Source: Bythopirellula sp. (GTDB lineage: Bacteria > Planctomycetota > Planctomycetia > Pirellulales > Lacipirellulaceae). From it: a DNA stretch of 64,000 nucleotides. The stretch's first letter is position 1. Each line of letters starts with the position of its first letter. Positions 38,480 through 48,963 of the stretch are shown here, piece after piece. The position numbers and the translations under genes were made by a program. Below the pieces are notes generated by a model. That model was not told the origin of the DNA. It did no database searches and saw only the letters and a list, made by a program, of their open reading frames with translations. The DNA lies in contig OZ244170.1 in NCBI GenBank assembly GCA_965216565.1, positions 5,147,747 to 5,211,746 of the forward strand, given 5' to 3'.

Positions 38480-38485
38480 CGCAAG

Positions 38486-38608
38486 GAATAGAGGATGATT
38501 ATTTCTCCACTGTCCCTCGCCCCTTTGGGGAGAGGGTAGGTCTCCTTAGGCGACTCGCCAAGGCGAGGTGAGGGGACAAAATTATCCAGAAATTACTTCC
38601 TTCGATTC
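38486..38608. mobile_element. MITE-like element carrying the 24-bp insert
   Basis: Imperfect TIRs gaatagaggatgattatttct / agaaattacttccttcgattc; core is the reverse complement of the 59731-59849 core. Confidence 0.7.
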
Positions 38609-38646
38609 CTCAGTCGCGACTCGCACTTACCAAGAGAGGTTCAATC

Positions 38647-39816
38647 ATGAACTGCCCCGACCCTGCATCCAACCGTCGTCGTTCTCAACGTGTCCAATCT
38701 AAGCACCGACGTGGTGCAATCGCGGTCCTAGTGGGACTGCTCAGTGTGGTCTTTCTTTCCAGCGTGGTATTGTCGGTTGACGTTGCCTACATGCAGTTGT
38801 GTCGGACCAGACTCCGATCTGCGACCGATGCTGCGGCTCGCGCGGCCGGAGAGGCGCTCTCCCGAGCTCAAGACATCGAGGCTTCGCGTCAGGCCGCCAA
38901 GGACATTGCCCAAGCGAACCTCGTAGCCGGCACGCCGCTGCTATTGGACGACTCCGACATCATTTTCGGAAACTCCGCACAACAGAATGGTGGTTCTTGG
39001 ACGTTTACCGCGGGTGCCGAACCGATCAACGCGGTACGCGTCAACGGACGACGCACTCGCAATGCTCCTGCCGGTAGTATTCCAACATTGTTTGGGAAGG
39101 TATTTAACGTGCTCGACTTCGAGCCGACTCAACTCGCAACGGTAGTAAGACTCGACCGAGATATTTGCATTGTGGTCGATCGCTCCAGTTCGATGAAGCT
39201 TTACTTGACCGACACAGCCCCGACGATGTCCACCGGCGACTCGCGGTTTTGCCAACCTCCCGACATGGCCCAGAGCCGCTGGGGGGCATTGTCGTTGGCC
39301 TTCGATCGCTTTATTGATGCACTCGAAACGACTCCACAGTCGGAGTATATGTCGCTCGTGTCCTACGGCAGCTCGGGCACTTGGTGTGGTCATACCAACT
39401 ACGCTGCGACCACGAATCAAGGTCTCAGCGAGTACTACACCGACGCCACTTCGGCGATGTCGAGTCTATCCGGTTCCAAATTCAACGGGGCGACCAACAT
39501 TGCTGCCGGGATCAATGAGGGAATCGCAGTTCTCACCGATCCCGATTTGGCACGTCCGTATGCTGCCAAGACCATGGTCCTAATGACCGATGGGCACTAC
39601 ACGCAAGGAGCAGATCCCAGTAGTGTGGCTCCCAACGCCTTGGACGATGACATCGTAATCCATACCGTGACGTTCGGCGATGGTGCCGATCAAAACGAAA
39701 TGCGTGCCGTCGCCGAAGCGACCGGAGGTAACTTCTACCATGCCCCCGATGCCCAAACATTGCAGGATGTGTTTGAAGAAATCGCGCTAACCCTGCCGGT
39801 GATGTTCACAGACTAA
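38647..39816 (+). CDS. TadG-like pilus protein with vWA domain
   Basis: RRG|AIAVLV, DAAARA, MIDAS DRSSS, GATN, MTDG, TGG. Confidence 0.88.
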   Translation: MNCPDPASNRRRSQRVQSKHRRGAIAVLVGLLSVVFLSSVVLSVDVAYMQLCRTRLRSATDAAARAAGEALSRAQDIEASRQAAKDIAQANLVAGTPLLLDDSDIIFGNSAQQNGGSWTFTAGAEPINAVRVNGRRTRNAPAGSIPTLFGKVFNVLDFEPTQLATVVRLDRDICIVVDRSSSMKLYLTDTAPTMSTGDSRFCQPPDMAQSRWGALSLAFDRFIDALETTPQSEYMSLVSYGSSGTWCGHTNYAATTNQGLSEYYTDATSAMSSLSGSKFNGATNIAAGINEGIAVLTDPDLARPYAAKTMVLMTDGHYTQGADPSSVAPNALDDDIVIHTVTFGDGADQNEMRAVAEATGGNFYHAPDAQTLQDVFEEIALTLPVMFTD

Positions 39817-39830
39817 GGCCCATGCCCAAT

Positions 39831-39866
39831 CCTCTTTCTCGTTCTCGGGGAAGAGGCTGGGGAGGG
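39831..39866. repeat. Degenerate CCCCTC-family hairpin repeat
   Basis: cctctttctcgttctcggggaagaggctggggaggg. Confidence 0.5.
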
Positions 39867-39893
39867 CTAATTGATCGCGAGATAGGTTGACTC

Positions 39894-40319
39894 ATGGAAA
39901 CTTTATACAAACGCAAGACTGACCTTCGCCGCGGTGCAACCACCATCGAATTTGCACTGTGTGCCCCGGTTCTGTTCCTGTTCACCTTTGCCTCAATGGA
40001 ATTCTCGCGCGTGAACATGATCCGTCAGACGGTCGAAAATGCCATGTACGAGGGTTGCCGACGAGGAATTGTACCGGGGGCCACGGCTCAAGAAGTGGAA
40101 GGTGCCGCCCAACAAGTGATGGATGCAATACTCACGAACAATGCCCAAATCACAGTTTCCCCCACTGTCATTGACGAAGATACTCCCGACATCACAGTTT
40201 CGATCGTCGTGCCAATCAACGACAACAGTTGGGTAACGCCGTTCTTCTTCGAGGGGCAAAACGTAACAAACTCGATGACGTTAAGAAGAGAGCGCGGGCT
40301 GAATGTTAACCCCTTCTAG
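39894..40319 (+). CDS. TadE family pseudopilin
   Basis: RRG|ATTIEFALCAP, MEFSR, YEGCRRGIVPGAT. Confidence 0.88.
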   Translation: METLYKRKTDLRRGATTIEFALCAPVLFLFTFASMEFSRVNMIRQTVENAMYEGCRRGIVPGATAQEVEGAAQQVMDAILTNNAQITVSPTVIDEDTPDITVSIVVPINDNSWVTPFFFEGQNVTNSMTLRRERGLNVNPF

Positions 40320-40321
40320 GG

Positions 40322-41644
40322 TTACCGCTGGCGAAGAATAGTTTTCGACGCGCGGCCAAGCAGCGGTAGCCCTATTAACACAAATAGCAAGGCAGTCTCA
40401 GGTTCTGGAACGGATTGCACCGCAGCCAGATTGCCAAAATTTTCGGTGTGCTGCGTCTGCCAGGCGAGCAAGTCGAGCCCGTCAGTCACCCCGTCGCCAT
40501 TGGAATCTCCCGCGGCATTGATCGAGTACGCGCCTTCCCAGGTAACCAGATCGGTGCTGTCTACGTCGGCATCGCGATCAAAATCGGCCGATTGAGTGAT
40601 CGTCACAAACTGATCACCGGCGATACTGGCGAGGTTCACTGCCGAGGAGTTTCCTAGATTGCCCTGCACAATCCCAGTGCCGGCAAACTGGTTGGAAACA
40701 AAAGTGTGGCCGCCATTATTGATAAACGCAGCCAGTTTGATCGCTCCAGTTGGATTGCCAAGCTGAGATAGGGGTAGTGAGAACTCGATGCCGGTCACAA
40801 CATCCTGAGGGTTTCCTGTCGCTGCACCGAAACCAAAATTCACACCCTGAGTGTTGCTATTGTTGATTGCCATCAGGAAGCCAACGTCGTTGAGCAGGTC
40901 GCGATGGCCCTTATTGTTCGCAGGATCGTTGATCGTATCAACCGGTTCGGCGAACTCATGTTCCGGCGGATTGCAGTTTGTATCCTGCGGACTGCTGCAA
41001 CCATTGTTGTTCTGATCGATCGGCTCACCCTGCGCCAGACCGGGCTCGATGCCAAGGGGATTGTACTGAAAGCCAACCTCGCTCTTCTGCCCACCCGTAC
41101 CTGCGGTGAGATCGGCATAAAAGGCTGAAAGCGTCCACGTTGTCACCTGGCTACCTCCAGGACCAAATGTATGGTCGCCGTTGGAAAAGGTCACATAGTG
41201 GTCTGCCGAAAACCCAGTATCGAAACGCAGGCCGTTCATTTGCTGCAAGGCACCCACACTAGCGGGTTCGCCGGGACAACAAAAAGGATCGACCGACGGC
41301 GGAAGATTCGATCCATCCAGTTGATTCATCCCACCAGCTTCGGAATCGATGAAGATCTCTAGCTTGTTGAAGTTGTTTTCCAGGTTTCCAGTCACCAGCA
41401 CATAGAGCCGATCGCCGGCAATCGCACCGAACACCTGGTCTATCTCCGAGCCGCTAAATGCCTCGCGCAAATCGCCATTGGTCGCGTTGCCGAACCCACT
41501 GTTTGTGTTCTGCACCGAACGAGCTGCGCCATAGAACGCAAGATCGCCGGCCGCCGTACCGTCGACAACTGGCTGACCTAGAGAAAGATTCGCAGCAGCC
41601 AGTATCAAAGCCATACCCGCGAGTGAACTCAGACAATTCTTCAT
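40322..41644 (-). CDS. PEP-CTERM protein with dockerin-like repeats
   Basis: Signal peptide, Asn/Gly-rich beta region, ADFDRDADVD, VPEP + TM + basic tail; start taken at ATG 41644. Confidence 0.85.
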   Translation of the reverse strand: MKNCLSSLAGMALILAAANLSLGQPVVDGTAAGDLAFYGAARSVQNTNSGFGNATNGDLREAFSGSEIDQVFGAIAGDRLYVLVTGNLENNFNKLEIFIDSEAGGMNQLDGSNLPPSVDPFCCPGEPASVGALQQMNGLRFDTGFSADHYVTFSNGDHTFGPGGSQVTTWTLSAFYADLTAGTGGQKSEVGFQYNPLGIEPGLAQGEPIDQNNNGCSSPQDTNCNPPEHEFAEPVDTINDPANNKGHRDLLNDVGFLMAINNSNTQGVNFGFGAATGNPQDVVTGIEFSLPLSQLGNPTGAIKLAAFINNGGHTFVSNQFAGTGIVQGNLGNSSAVNLASIAGDQFVTITQSADFDRDADVDSTDLVTWEGAYSINAAGDSNGDGVTDGLDLLAWQTQHTENFGNLAAVQSVPEPETALLFVLIGLPLLGRASKTILRQR

Positions 41645-41670
41645 GAAGAAAATCTCGATACGGAAGTAAT

Positions 41671-43413
41671 CTAGCGGCGACGGCGCGATGCGGTCCACGT
41701 AAGTCCCCACAAAACGAGCAACCCGCTTGTGGGCTCCGGCACCGTGCTTGCGGCAGTAGCAAACGATGAGTTGCCGTACTCATTCTCCCAGAGCCCCAAG
41801 TCCGCGGCGTTCACCAGGCCATCGCCGTTGAAGTCGCCGTCGCTCCAATCGCCGCTGCCTCCCGCGTTCTGTTGCCAAGTGAGAAAATCCAGTCCGTCCA
41901 CCACCCCATTGCGGTTGGCATCGCCATCGAGAAGCCCACTGACGCTCACAATCTTCCGGACGACTCCATCCCTTTTGTTCAGGACGTAGATCTCTTCATC
42001 GGGCCCGACTCCGAAACGCAGATCACTGCGGTTCGTATTAAAACCGAGTTCGTCGGAAATAATTTCTACGAAGGTTTTATTCGCTCCGCCAAACGTGAGT
42101 TGCACTTCCTCGAACGGTGCCAACAGGCCATCGTTGAAGTCGGTGAGGTTCGTAAAGTCATCGCGCTCCACTAGATCGTCGATATCTACGGCAAAAATTG
42201 GTCCGCTATTCGTCGCGAAATCACCGAAGAAATACAATCCTGTGAGTTGTGGCACGCTGCTGCCTCGGTAGACAGATCCACCTACAATCGCCACGCTTCC
42301 GTTAACCAAGTTGTTGGTGTGGTCGTACTGTGCTACCGGATAAATGAAATTGTCCGTAGCGTGATTCGCAGGCAGCGTGCTGACCACATCGTTATTGGAG
42401 GTTGTTGCGAAGGTCCCTTCGCGTCCGCTCCAGCCATAGTTGCCCCCGGGCACACCAACGTTAATTTCTTCGATGCTGCCCTGACCAATGTCAGAGATCA
42501 GCATCGTCCCCTCTCCCCCCGTGTCGAAGCTAAACCGGTGAGGATTACGCAGGCCATAAGCCCAAATAAGATTTTCCGCGACGCTTGGATTGTTACTAAC
42601 CTTCAGAGGGTTGTTGCTGGGCACAGAAAAAGGGTTGCCTCCCGAAACAATCGGATCGATCCTTAAAAACGAGCCCAGCGGCTCGGAAGTGTCTTGTGCC
42701 AGCGAATACGGATCTCCCGCTCCACCCCCATCTCCGAGGGCGATGTATAAGTTGCCGTAGTCGCTATCACTGGAAGTGGCATTCGGATTGAAACCGATCT
42801 GGCCGATATTGTGGTCGTCTTCAGTCTGACCGACATACAGAACCTCGCGGTACGAACTAGCAATGACATTCCCACTGGAATTGACCATCCACTCGCCGAC
42901 GACTGAGTCGTGATCCACACCTGGAGGCGATGGAGCGCCGAAAATAATCGGATTAGGTGTTCCCACCAAAGGGCCTCCGAATGCCGTCCGACTGTGCGAC
43001 GTGTAGAACTTTCGGTAGCCGTCCGTCCCCGTGTTATTGAAGTCAGGATGAAATGCCAATCCGCGGATCCCCTGCTGAGAACCATCGCGGAACGCAGGGA
43101 CGATACTCGTAAGATCCAAGAATAGCGACGCACTGGGACTCGTCGCCCCGGTATCGAACGAGTAAATTTTGCCCCGTTGGTCGATGACGTACGCCTGATC
43201 CGGAGCCCCTCCGCCCGTCAGAAATTCTAGTCGCGGCTTGTTGCTGCCGCTGCTGTTGGGAATTGTCACCAGATCCTCTAGCTCCATCGACCAGGAGGTT
43301 TTGGGAATCGACGCATTGAGCGGGTTTCGTGACGGCAAGTTTTGCGCGTTCACAGTGCTTGCCAGTCCAAGGCAAGTCAGACAAGTAACAAGAAGCGAAC
43401 CTCTGCGATTCAT
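41671..43413 (-). CDS. PQQ-dependent sugar dehydrogenase (GSDH)-like PEP-CTERM protein
   Basis: GLAFHPDF, HNIGQIGF, LYIALGDGG, AYGLRNPHRFSFD, GNYGW, VPEP + RRRR. Confidence 0.88.
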   Translation of the reverse strand: MNRRGSLLVTCLTCLGLASTVNAQNLPSRNPLNASIPKTSWSMELEDLVTIPNSSGSNKPRLEFLTGGGAPDQAYVIDQRGKIYSFDTGATSPSASLFLDLTSIVPAFRDGSQQGIRGLAFHPDFNNTGTDGYRKFYTSHSRTAFGGPLVGTPNPIIFGAPSPPGVDHDSVVGEWMVNSSGNVIASSYREVLYVGQTEDDHNIGQIGFNPNATSSDSDYGNLYIALGDGGGAGDPYSLAQDTSEPLGSFLRIDPIVSGGNPFSVPSNNPLKVSNNPSVAENLIWAYGLRNPHRFSFDTGGEGTMLISDIGQGSIEEINVGVPGGNYGWSGREGTFATTSNNDVVSTLPANHATDNFIYPVAQYDHTNNLVNGSVAIVGGSVYRGSSVPQLTGLYFFGDFATNSGPIFAVDIDDLVERDDFTNLTDFNDGLLAPFEEVQLTFGGANKTFVEIISDELGFNTNRSDLRFGVGPDEEIYVLNKRDGVVRKIVSVSGLLDGDANRNGVVDGLDFLTWQQNAGGSGDWSDGDFNGDGLVNAADLGLWENEYGNSSFATAASTVPEPTSGLLVLWGLTWTASRRRR

Positions 43414-43526
43414 GATGCTCTCCGCGTGGCGTGGTCGAATTCTCTACCTACATTAGGCGCGCAAGCGCCGAATTTGGTACCGAAAAGCTGGAAATCGCAC
43501 AGATTTGCGCCTTTCCGCACACTTTG

Positions 43527-44582
43527 CTACGCGGGCTCGGGATTCGAGCCCAGCAGCACGGCCAGCCACCGGGTCTGCTCGAAGTTTTCCAGCGCGATCT
43601 TCACGATCATCGTCAGCGGCACGGAGAGCAGCATTCCCACGGGCCCTAGCACCCACCCCCAAAAGACCAACGAGAGAAAGACCACCAACGTCGACAGGCC
43701 AAGTCCCTTGCCCATCACTCGCGGTTCGATCACGTTGCCAATCGTGATATTGATGGCCCCATAGCCTAGGGCCATCAGCAGCGCGCATTTCAAATCGACT
43801 TGGATCAGCGCTAGCAGCACCGGTGGCAAGGCGGCGATCACCGACCCGATGTTGGGCACGAAATTGAAAAAGAATGCGATCAACCCCCAAAGCACTGGGT
43901 AATCGACATCTAATGCCCATACGAGCAGACTAGCCAAGATACCGGTGAGAAGGCTAACAACGGTCTTCAGCGACATGTATTGAATAATGGCGTCGCGAAC
44001 TCGGTTCGACTCGTTAAACAGTTGTCGTCGTCCATCGGTGATGGCTACAAGTTTGCGTGGCAGACCCGAAGCCTCGGCTAACATGAAGATTAGAGTCAGC
44101 AGAACAAGCAACGCGTTGTTGAAGAGGCCTCCGACGCTGGAAAGCAATCCTGTGAACCAATTAAAAACGGAACCGAGACTCAACATCTCTTTAATTTGGC
44201 TCACTACGTCCGCTTCCTCACCAGGCTCGATGTAACCGATTTCAACAAGTAGCGGTTGGATTCTATCGAATTGAGCTTCCAACTTGGACTGGTAAGAAGG
44301 GCTCTTGGCGATAAAGTCGGAGATCGACGAACTGGCGACGCCAATCACGAACAGTAACACCAGCGACACACCCGCAATTACTAACATCAGTGCCAACGGT
44401 CCCGGCACGCCCTTTTGTTTCAGCCAGTAAAGGGCCGGCGTACAGATCACCGCCAGAAACGCTGCCACCAGGAAGGGAATCACCAGCGACTGAGCCGCCT
44501 TCACCCCGGCAATAATAATCACAACCGCAGCCGCGGCCACGAGCCAGTTCAGCACATTTGCCTTTGCTACGCTTTCACTCAT
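43527..44582 (-). CDS. AI-2E family transporter
   Basis: NFVPNIGS, GNVIEPRVMG..LGLS, WGWVLGPVGMLLSVPLT. Confidence 0.92.
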   Translation of the reverse strand: MSESVAKANVLNWLVAAAAVVIIIAGVKAAQSLVIPFLVAAFLAVICTPALYWLKQKGVPGPLALMLVIAGVSLVLLFVIGVASSSISDFIAKSPSYQSKLEAQFDRIQPLLVEIGYIEPGEEADVVSQIKEMLSLGSVFNWFTGLLSSVGGLFNNALLVLLTLIFMLAEASGLPRKLVAITDGRRQLFNESNRVRDAIIQYMSLKTVVSLLTGILASLLVWALDVDYPVLWGLIAFFFNFVPNIGSVIAALPPVLLALIQVDLKCALLMALGYGAINITIGNVIEPRVMGKGLGLSTLVVFLSLVFWGWVLGPVGMLLSVPLTMIVKIALENFEQTRWLAVLLGSNPEPA

Positions 44583-44608
44583 TCCATTGCAAGCCAGGTA
44601 GGAAAGTT

Positions 44609-46066
44609 TCAGAATTGGATGTCATAACGCTTTGTCATCTCCGCGCGCGTTTCGTCCGAGAGGGCGTGTAACTCATTAACAATAGCCTGGCTATCACGTA
44701 CTCCCCGGATGTTCTCATCAGCTCGTGCTAGTTGCCGGTCGCGGGTGACGTAACCCTTCTCAAAATAACCGTAGGTCCCGTATCTTCCATAGCGGCTGCG
44801 CCCAGAGTTCCATAACGTCGCTTCGCGGATGTCTCCACGTCGTTCGGCACGAGCCAGTGTCGAGCTAATTTCATCGAGTCGAATCACAACGTTCTCGGCA
44901 AATCTCAAAACATCAGGATCGACTCCATAAGTATCCAAATCCTCGATCTTACGAGCGTAGCGTTCCACCCAGACCTCCACCTGATGCAAACTTTGCGGCT
45001 GGGTCACATTATCGACGAACAGATCGTTCAGATACCCGGTGACCGCCTGGAAGTATTGTCGGGAAACTTCTGCCATCGCATTCTCGGCAGAGTAAGAGTC
45101 ACCGGTCGACTTTTCCCAGGGGCCAACTGGTCCTGAGAGTATAGTCAGAACCCTCCGGAGACCACTGTCAGAAAGCTGTCCGGTGAAAACGAGATCCCTA
45201 TCCTCGACGGCGATCTCCCATTTGGACAATTCATCGAGATGAACACCTTGCTTGGCCAGCAACTCTCCCAGCAAGGGCGAAGCAACATTCTTGATAGGTG
45301 TTGGATCTTGGTCGAATGTTAGCCGCAAATGGGCGTGAGGATTTTGCTTGAACACCAGTTCGATCCGTGCTCCTTCGAGACTTGCCAAGATTGAACCCGC
45401 CTCAGCCGGGGTTAAGCTATTTCCAGCTAGGGTTTGCGAATCGGTCAGTTTCTCAGTGATCTCCTCTGGAGCCAGTAGGTCGTTTAAATCGAACGCAAGT
45501 ACCATCTGCGCCGAGCCGTCTTCGACTACTTCGGAGGCTCCTGCCAGGTACTGACTTAGGTCGGGCGTTTTTTTTACCTTCGATTCGCGAACCCAGCGAA
45601 TCACCTGTTGACGATTTGCTGGCGAAGCCGCTCCGATCATCCTTGGACCGAAGGCTACCACATAACTATCGTTGGGACGTTCCACTGCCTCGGAACCTGC
45701 AAGACGATCGAGCCGCCCCTCGCTTCTCTCGGCAACGGCGGACATTTGTGGTCGTTGCGGCATGTAGGCGGCTGCAACTTCCCAAATCGGTTGCATGTAT
45801 TCGAAGTCAAGTTCCGCGGCCATCACAAACCATTCGACATTTTCCGGCAAAGAAATCATGCCACTCCGACCAGCTTGGAGATGGCCGTCTGCCCAACCGG
45901 CGCTTCGAGCCATGGGGCTAGATAGCACGTTTTTGGCATGCACAACTACGAGGGCATTCGATTGGCGAGGCACCTTCGTCAATAGTTGGGACAACTGTGC
46001 ATAAGCAACCGTACAGGTGGCCCAGTGGATGAGTGCAACGAACAACAATTGTCTCCAACAAGACAT
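44609..46066 (-). CDS. Secreted hypothetical protein (paralog B)
   Basis: Signal peptide; colinear similarity with 46130-47608. Confidence 0.8.
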   Translation of the reverse strand: MSCWRQLLFVALIHWATCTVAYAQLSQLLTKVPRQSNALVVVHAKNVLSSPMARSAGWADGHLQAGRSGMISLPENVEWFVMAAELDFEYMQPIWEVAAAYMPQRPQMSAVAERSEGRLDRLAGSEAVERPNDSYVVAFGPRMIGAASPANRQQVIRWVRESKVKKTPDLSQYLAGASEVVEDGSAQMVLAFDLNDLLAPEEITEKLTDSQTLAGNSLTPAEAGSILASLEGARIELVFKQNPHAHLRLTFDQDPTPIKNVASPLLGELLAKQGVHLDELSKWEIAVEDRDLVFTGQLSDSGLRRVLTILSGPVGPWEKSTGDSYSAENAMAEVSRQYFQAVTGYLNDLFVDNVTQPQSLHQVEVWVERYARKIEDLDTYGVDPDVLRFAENVVIRLDEISSTLARAERRGDIREATLWNSGRSRYGRYGTYGYFEKGYVTRDRQLARADENIRGVRDSQAIVNELHALSDETRAEMTKRYDIQF

Positions 46067-46129
46067 AGCCCATTTCCTTCGTAACTAGACAGACTCTCCA
46101 ATCAGACTCGTTGATACTTTTGCGATTGC

Positions 46130-47608
46130 TCAGAACTCAACGCCGTACTTCTTGGTCATTTGGCGTCGGATCTCGGCAGTCGCATCCGCAATCTGTTTGG
46201 ATCCTTCAACACGCACATTCTTCGACTCCGCCATGGCCTGCGCTTTGATGCTCGCTCGATCAGCAGCGCTAGCGCGGGCGCCCGAGTAGCGATCTCCCGA
46301 AACATCAAAGTATCCATAATCGTACGAGTAGTTGCTGTAACCCCCTCCTCCCATCCCGGCAGTACGACTCCCAGATTGAATGCCACCTTGTCGGCGCGAA
46401 AGTGCCATCGCCCGCAGGGTTTGAGCGACACCCGATCCGTAGTCCAACAAGTCGTCGTCCACGTTGAGAATCGGCATGCGGTCGATCCTGCCCGCATAGC
46501 GCTCCATAATGGCCGAAGTGGCTTTATTGCCACGCAATTCGCGCTTTAGGTCCTTCAACAGAACGTCGATGGAAGAAAAGTAAGTTTGTGATGCCTCGCG
46601 AATCAGACTCTCTGGAGCGCCCTCCTCCATGGGCTCTTTGCCTTCTTTCAACATACTGAATTTGCCCGAGGGGAGTTCCACCACGCTGAACACTCGTCGC
46701 AAGCCATCTTGCGAGAGCGGACCGTTCATCAGGATCGACTTCCCTTTGACATTGATCTTCCACGACTCGAAGTCAGGAATTGTCGCACCGAGATCCTCCA
46801 GCGCCTTCAAGATTAGTTCTTTGGCAATCGGCTTAATTGCAGAAACATCTTTACCAAAGTCGATGCGAAGTTGGCCTTGGGCATCGTCTCCGACCATAAT
46901 TCTCAACGCCGCCCCGCGTAGGCTCGCTAGCATGGGGACCGCCGTTTCGCTGTCTAGTTTGGCTTTCTTAAATAACGGAGAGTTTTGGATTCTTTCATCC
47001 AACTCATGAGGTTGAATCACGTCGGTCAAATCCATGGCCTGCAAAATCTGGACTTGGTCGCTGGTGTTTTTGGTGGCCTCGCTCAGATAGTCGGAAAGCA
47101 TCGGTCGGCTATTCTTTTCAGCAAAACCGATCCAACGCGATGCAAACTGGCGGTCGGCAGGAAAAACAACTCCCAGTTCACGGTCATTCAGGCCGATGAA
47201 GTATGCATTGCTCGGAGTCCAAGCAATGTCTTTATTGCGGAGTGTATCGACATAGCCACCTTCACTGCGGGCGATCGATCGCATTCCCATTGGGTCGGAG
47301 AGTTGCATCACGGCCAACTCCCATTGCCGGCGGAAATCTTCACCGGCCTGTAGATTCGCTGCCATCACCAGCTTGGTAGCCTCGGGTGGCAGAAAGATAG
47401 GCCGGCTGACGTAAGCCAACTCTAATTCTTTGCCCCACCCCTCTTTCTCAGCCAAGGGCGTCTCCAATGTTTTCTGAACATCAATAATCACCACCGCATT
47501 CGCGGCAGGTGGCACTTTGGCCAAGAGATTCTCAAAGGCGAAGACATGCGTCTCAAATTGCAAGGCAACAAGGGCTACACATAGTGGCAATAGGATTCTT
47601 TTTATCAT
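46130..47608 (-). CDS. Secreted hypothetical protein (paralog A)
   Basis: Signal peptide; colinear similarity with 44609-46066. Confidence 0.8.
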   Translation of the reverse strand: MIKRILLPLCVALVALQFETHVFAFENLLAKVPPAANAVVIIDVQKTLETPLAEKEGWGKELELAYVSRPIFLPPEATKLVMAANLQAGEDFRRQWELAVMQLSDPMGMRSIARSEGGYVDTLRNKDIAWTPSNAYFIGLNDRELGVVFPADRQFASRWIGFAEKNSRPMLSDYLSEATKNTSDQVQILQAMDLTDVIQPHELDERIQNSPLFKKAKLDSETAVPMLASLRGAALRIMVGDDAQGQLRIDFGKDVSAIKPIAKELILKALEDLGATIPDFESWKINVKGKSILMNGPLSQDGLRRVFSVVELPSGKFSMLKEGKEPMEEGAPESLIREASQTYFSSIDVLLKDLKRELRGNKATSAIMERYAGRIDRMPILNVDDDLLDYGSGVAQTLRAMALSRRQGGIQSGSRTAGMGGGGYSNYSYDYGYFDVSGDRYSGARASAADRASIKAQAMAESKNVRVEGSKQIADATAEIRRQMTKKYGVEF

Positions 47609-47746
47609 TTAAGTGACTCCCGATTATTTCGTTGCAACTTTCCTATAGAGCAGAAAGCGTTTACCCACCGAGGTAATCATAGCAGGAGCACAGCCACCAA
47701 TAGAAGCCGCAAGCCGACGAGAAAAACGAACCTCTTCCGACTCAGC

Positions 47747-48745
47747 TTAAGCCGATCGGCGAGGATTGCGATAAAGCACTTCGGCCAATAGCTCTGGAGA
47801 TCCTTTGAGGTCTTCACGCTCGTAGTGCCAATCCGGATGCGTAGGAACCAAGGCCTCGTCCAACGGCCAGGGGTCGAACGGACTGTCGCCGAGCGCCGTG
47901 GCCAGTGCGGAGGAATCCATCGTTACGTTGCCCGCCCGCGGCGGCATGGGGCCCGCCTCGATTCGCGGGCAGCCCATCAAGAGTTTCGGATCGTAGCCGC
48001 CGACGCGATTGACGACCTGCGCGATCTCATAGAGCGACAACTGCCGTGAACCGCCGGAGTGAAACAGTCCCGCCAAATTACTCGCCAACACGCGATGGTA
48101 AACACGATTCAAACAATCCGTGTAGGTAGGCGTGCGCACTTCGTCGAAGTACAGCGTCGCGGGCCGATCGTTTTGAAAACGCGACTGAATCCAATCGATG
48201 GCTCCTGCGTGCCCATTAAAACTAATTCCCATCGGCAAAGAAATTCGAAGCACACAGGCACTCGGCATCCAGTCTGCCAGCAGCCACTCTGCAGCGACCA
48301 TCGTTTTGCCGTAGACGGTTACCGGATTCGTACGATCTTGCTCCGTGTAGTTGCCGTCTTCGCGTCCGGCGTAAACCAAATCGATCGACGAGTGCACCAG
48401 CCGAACATCGCGCTCAGCAATGATGGAGAGCAGATTGATCAACCCTTCCACATTCGTCCGCCATGCCAGGCGCGGATCAAGTTCGCAGGCTCGCAAGGCG
48501 CAGTTTCCCGCGCAGTTAAGCACACTGCGGAACTGATGGCGATCGAACAACCGCAGCAATGTGTCGCGGTCTTCGGCGTTACACGCTACGACACCGGGTG
48601 TGTCGAGCCGCCAGTTATCCTGCTGACGAATGCCAAAGACTTGCCCCGGGTAGAGCGACTGGAAATAGTCCAACGCATTGTAGCCAGCCACACCAGCAAC
48701 CCCGGTAACAAGTAGCGGCAGGGGAATGTCGGGCAGGGTTTTCAT
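47747..48745 (-). CDS. RmlD-like SDR / sugar-nucleotide reductase
   Basis: LVTGVAGVAG, NCAG, SIDLVY, PVTVYGKT, DEVRTP; start taken at ATG 48745. Confidence 0.82.
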   Translation of the reverse strand: MKTLPDIPLPLLVTGVAGVAGYNALDYFQSLYPGQVFGIRQQDNWRLDTPGVVACNAEDRDTLLRLFDRHQFRSVLNCAGNCALRACELDPRLAWRTNVEGLINLLSIIAERDVRLVHSSIDLVYAGREDGNYTEQDRTNPVTVYGKTMVAAEWLLADWMPSACVLRISLPMGISFNGHAGAIDWIQSRFQNDRPATLYFDEVRTPTYTDCLNRVYHRVLASNLAGLFHSGGSRQLSLYEIAQVVNRVGGYDPKLLMGCPRIEAGPMPPRAGNVTMDSSALATALGDSPFDPWPLDEALVPTHPDWHYEREDLKGSPELLAEVLYRNPRRSA

Positions 48746-48963
48746 GGAGGGATTATAGCGGCAAGTCGCCACGAGGTGTCAAACCGAGTCTGCCTCGGCT
48801 CGTGTAATCGTCATGACTGATGCGATCGAAACCGCTTGTTGGCTAGCAAAAGAAGCGGTTCTTGGCCCCCCAGGTTGGTTGAGGGTTGCAAGCTATGTTT
48901 GAAACAGAAGAGTCTACTCGGCTCGCACAAGAATCCACCTCGTTTGGCAAGGAAAACTAGCCT

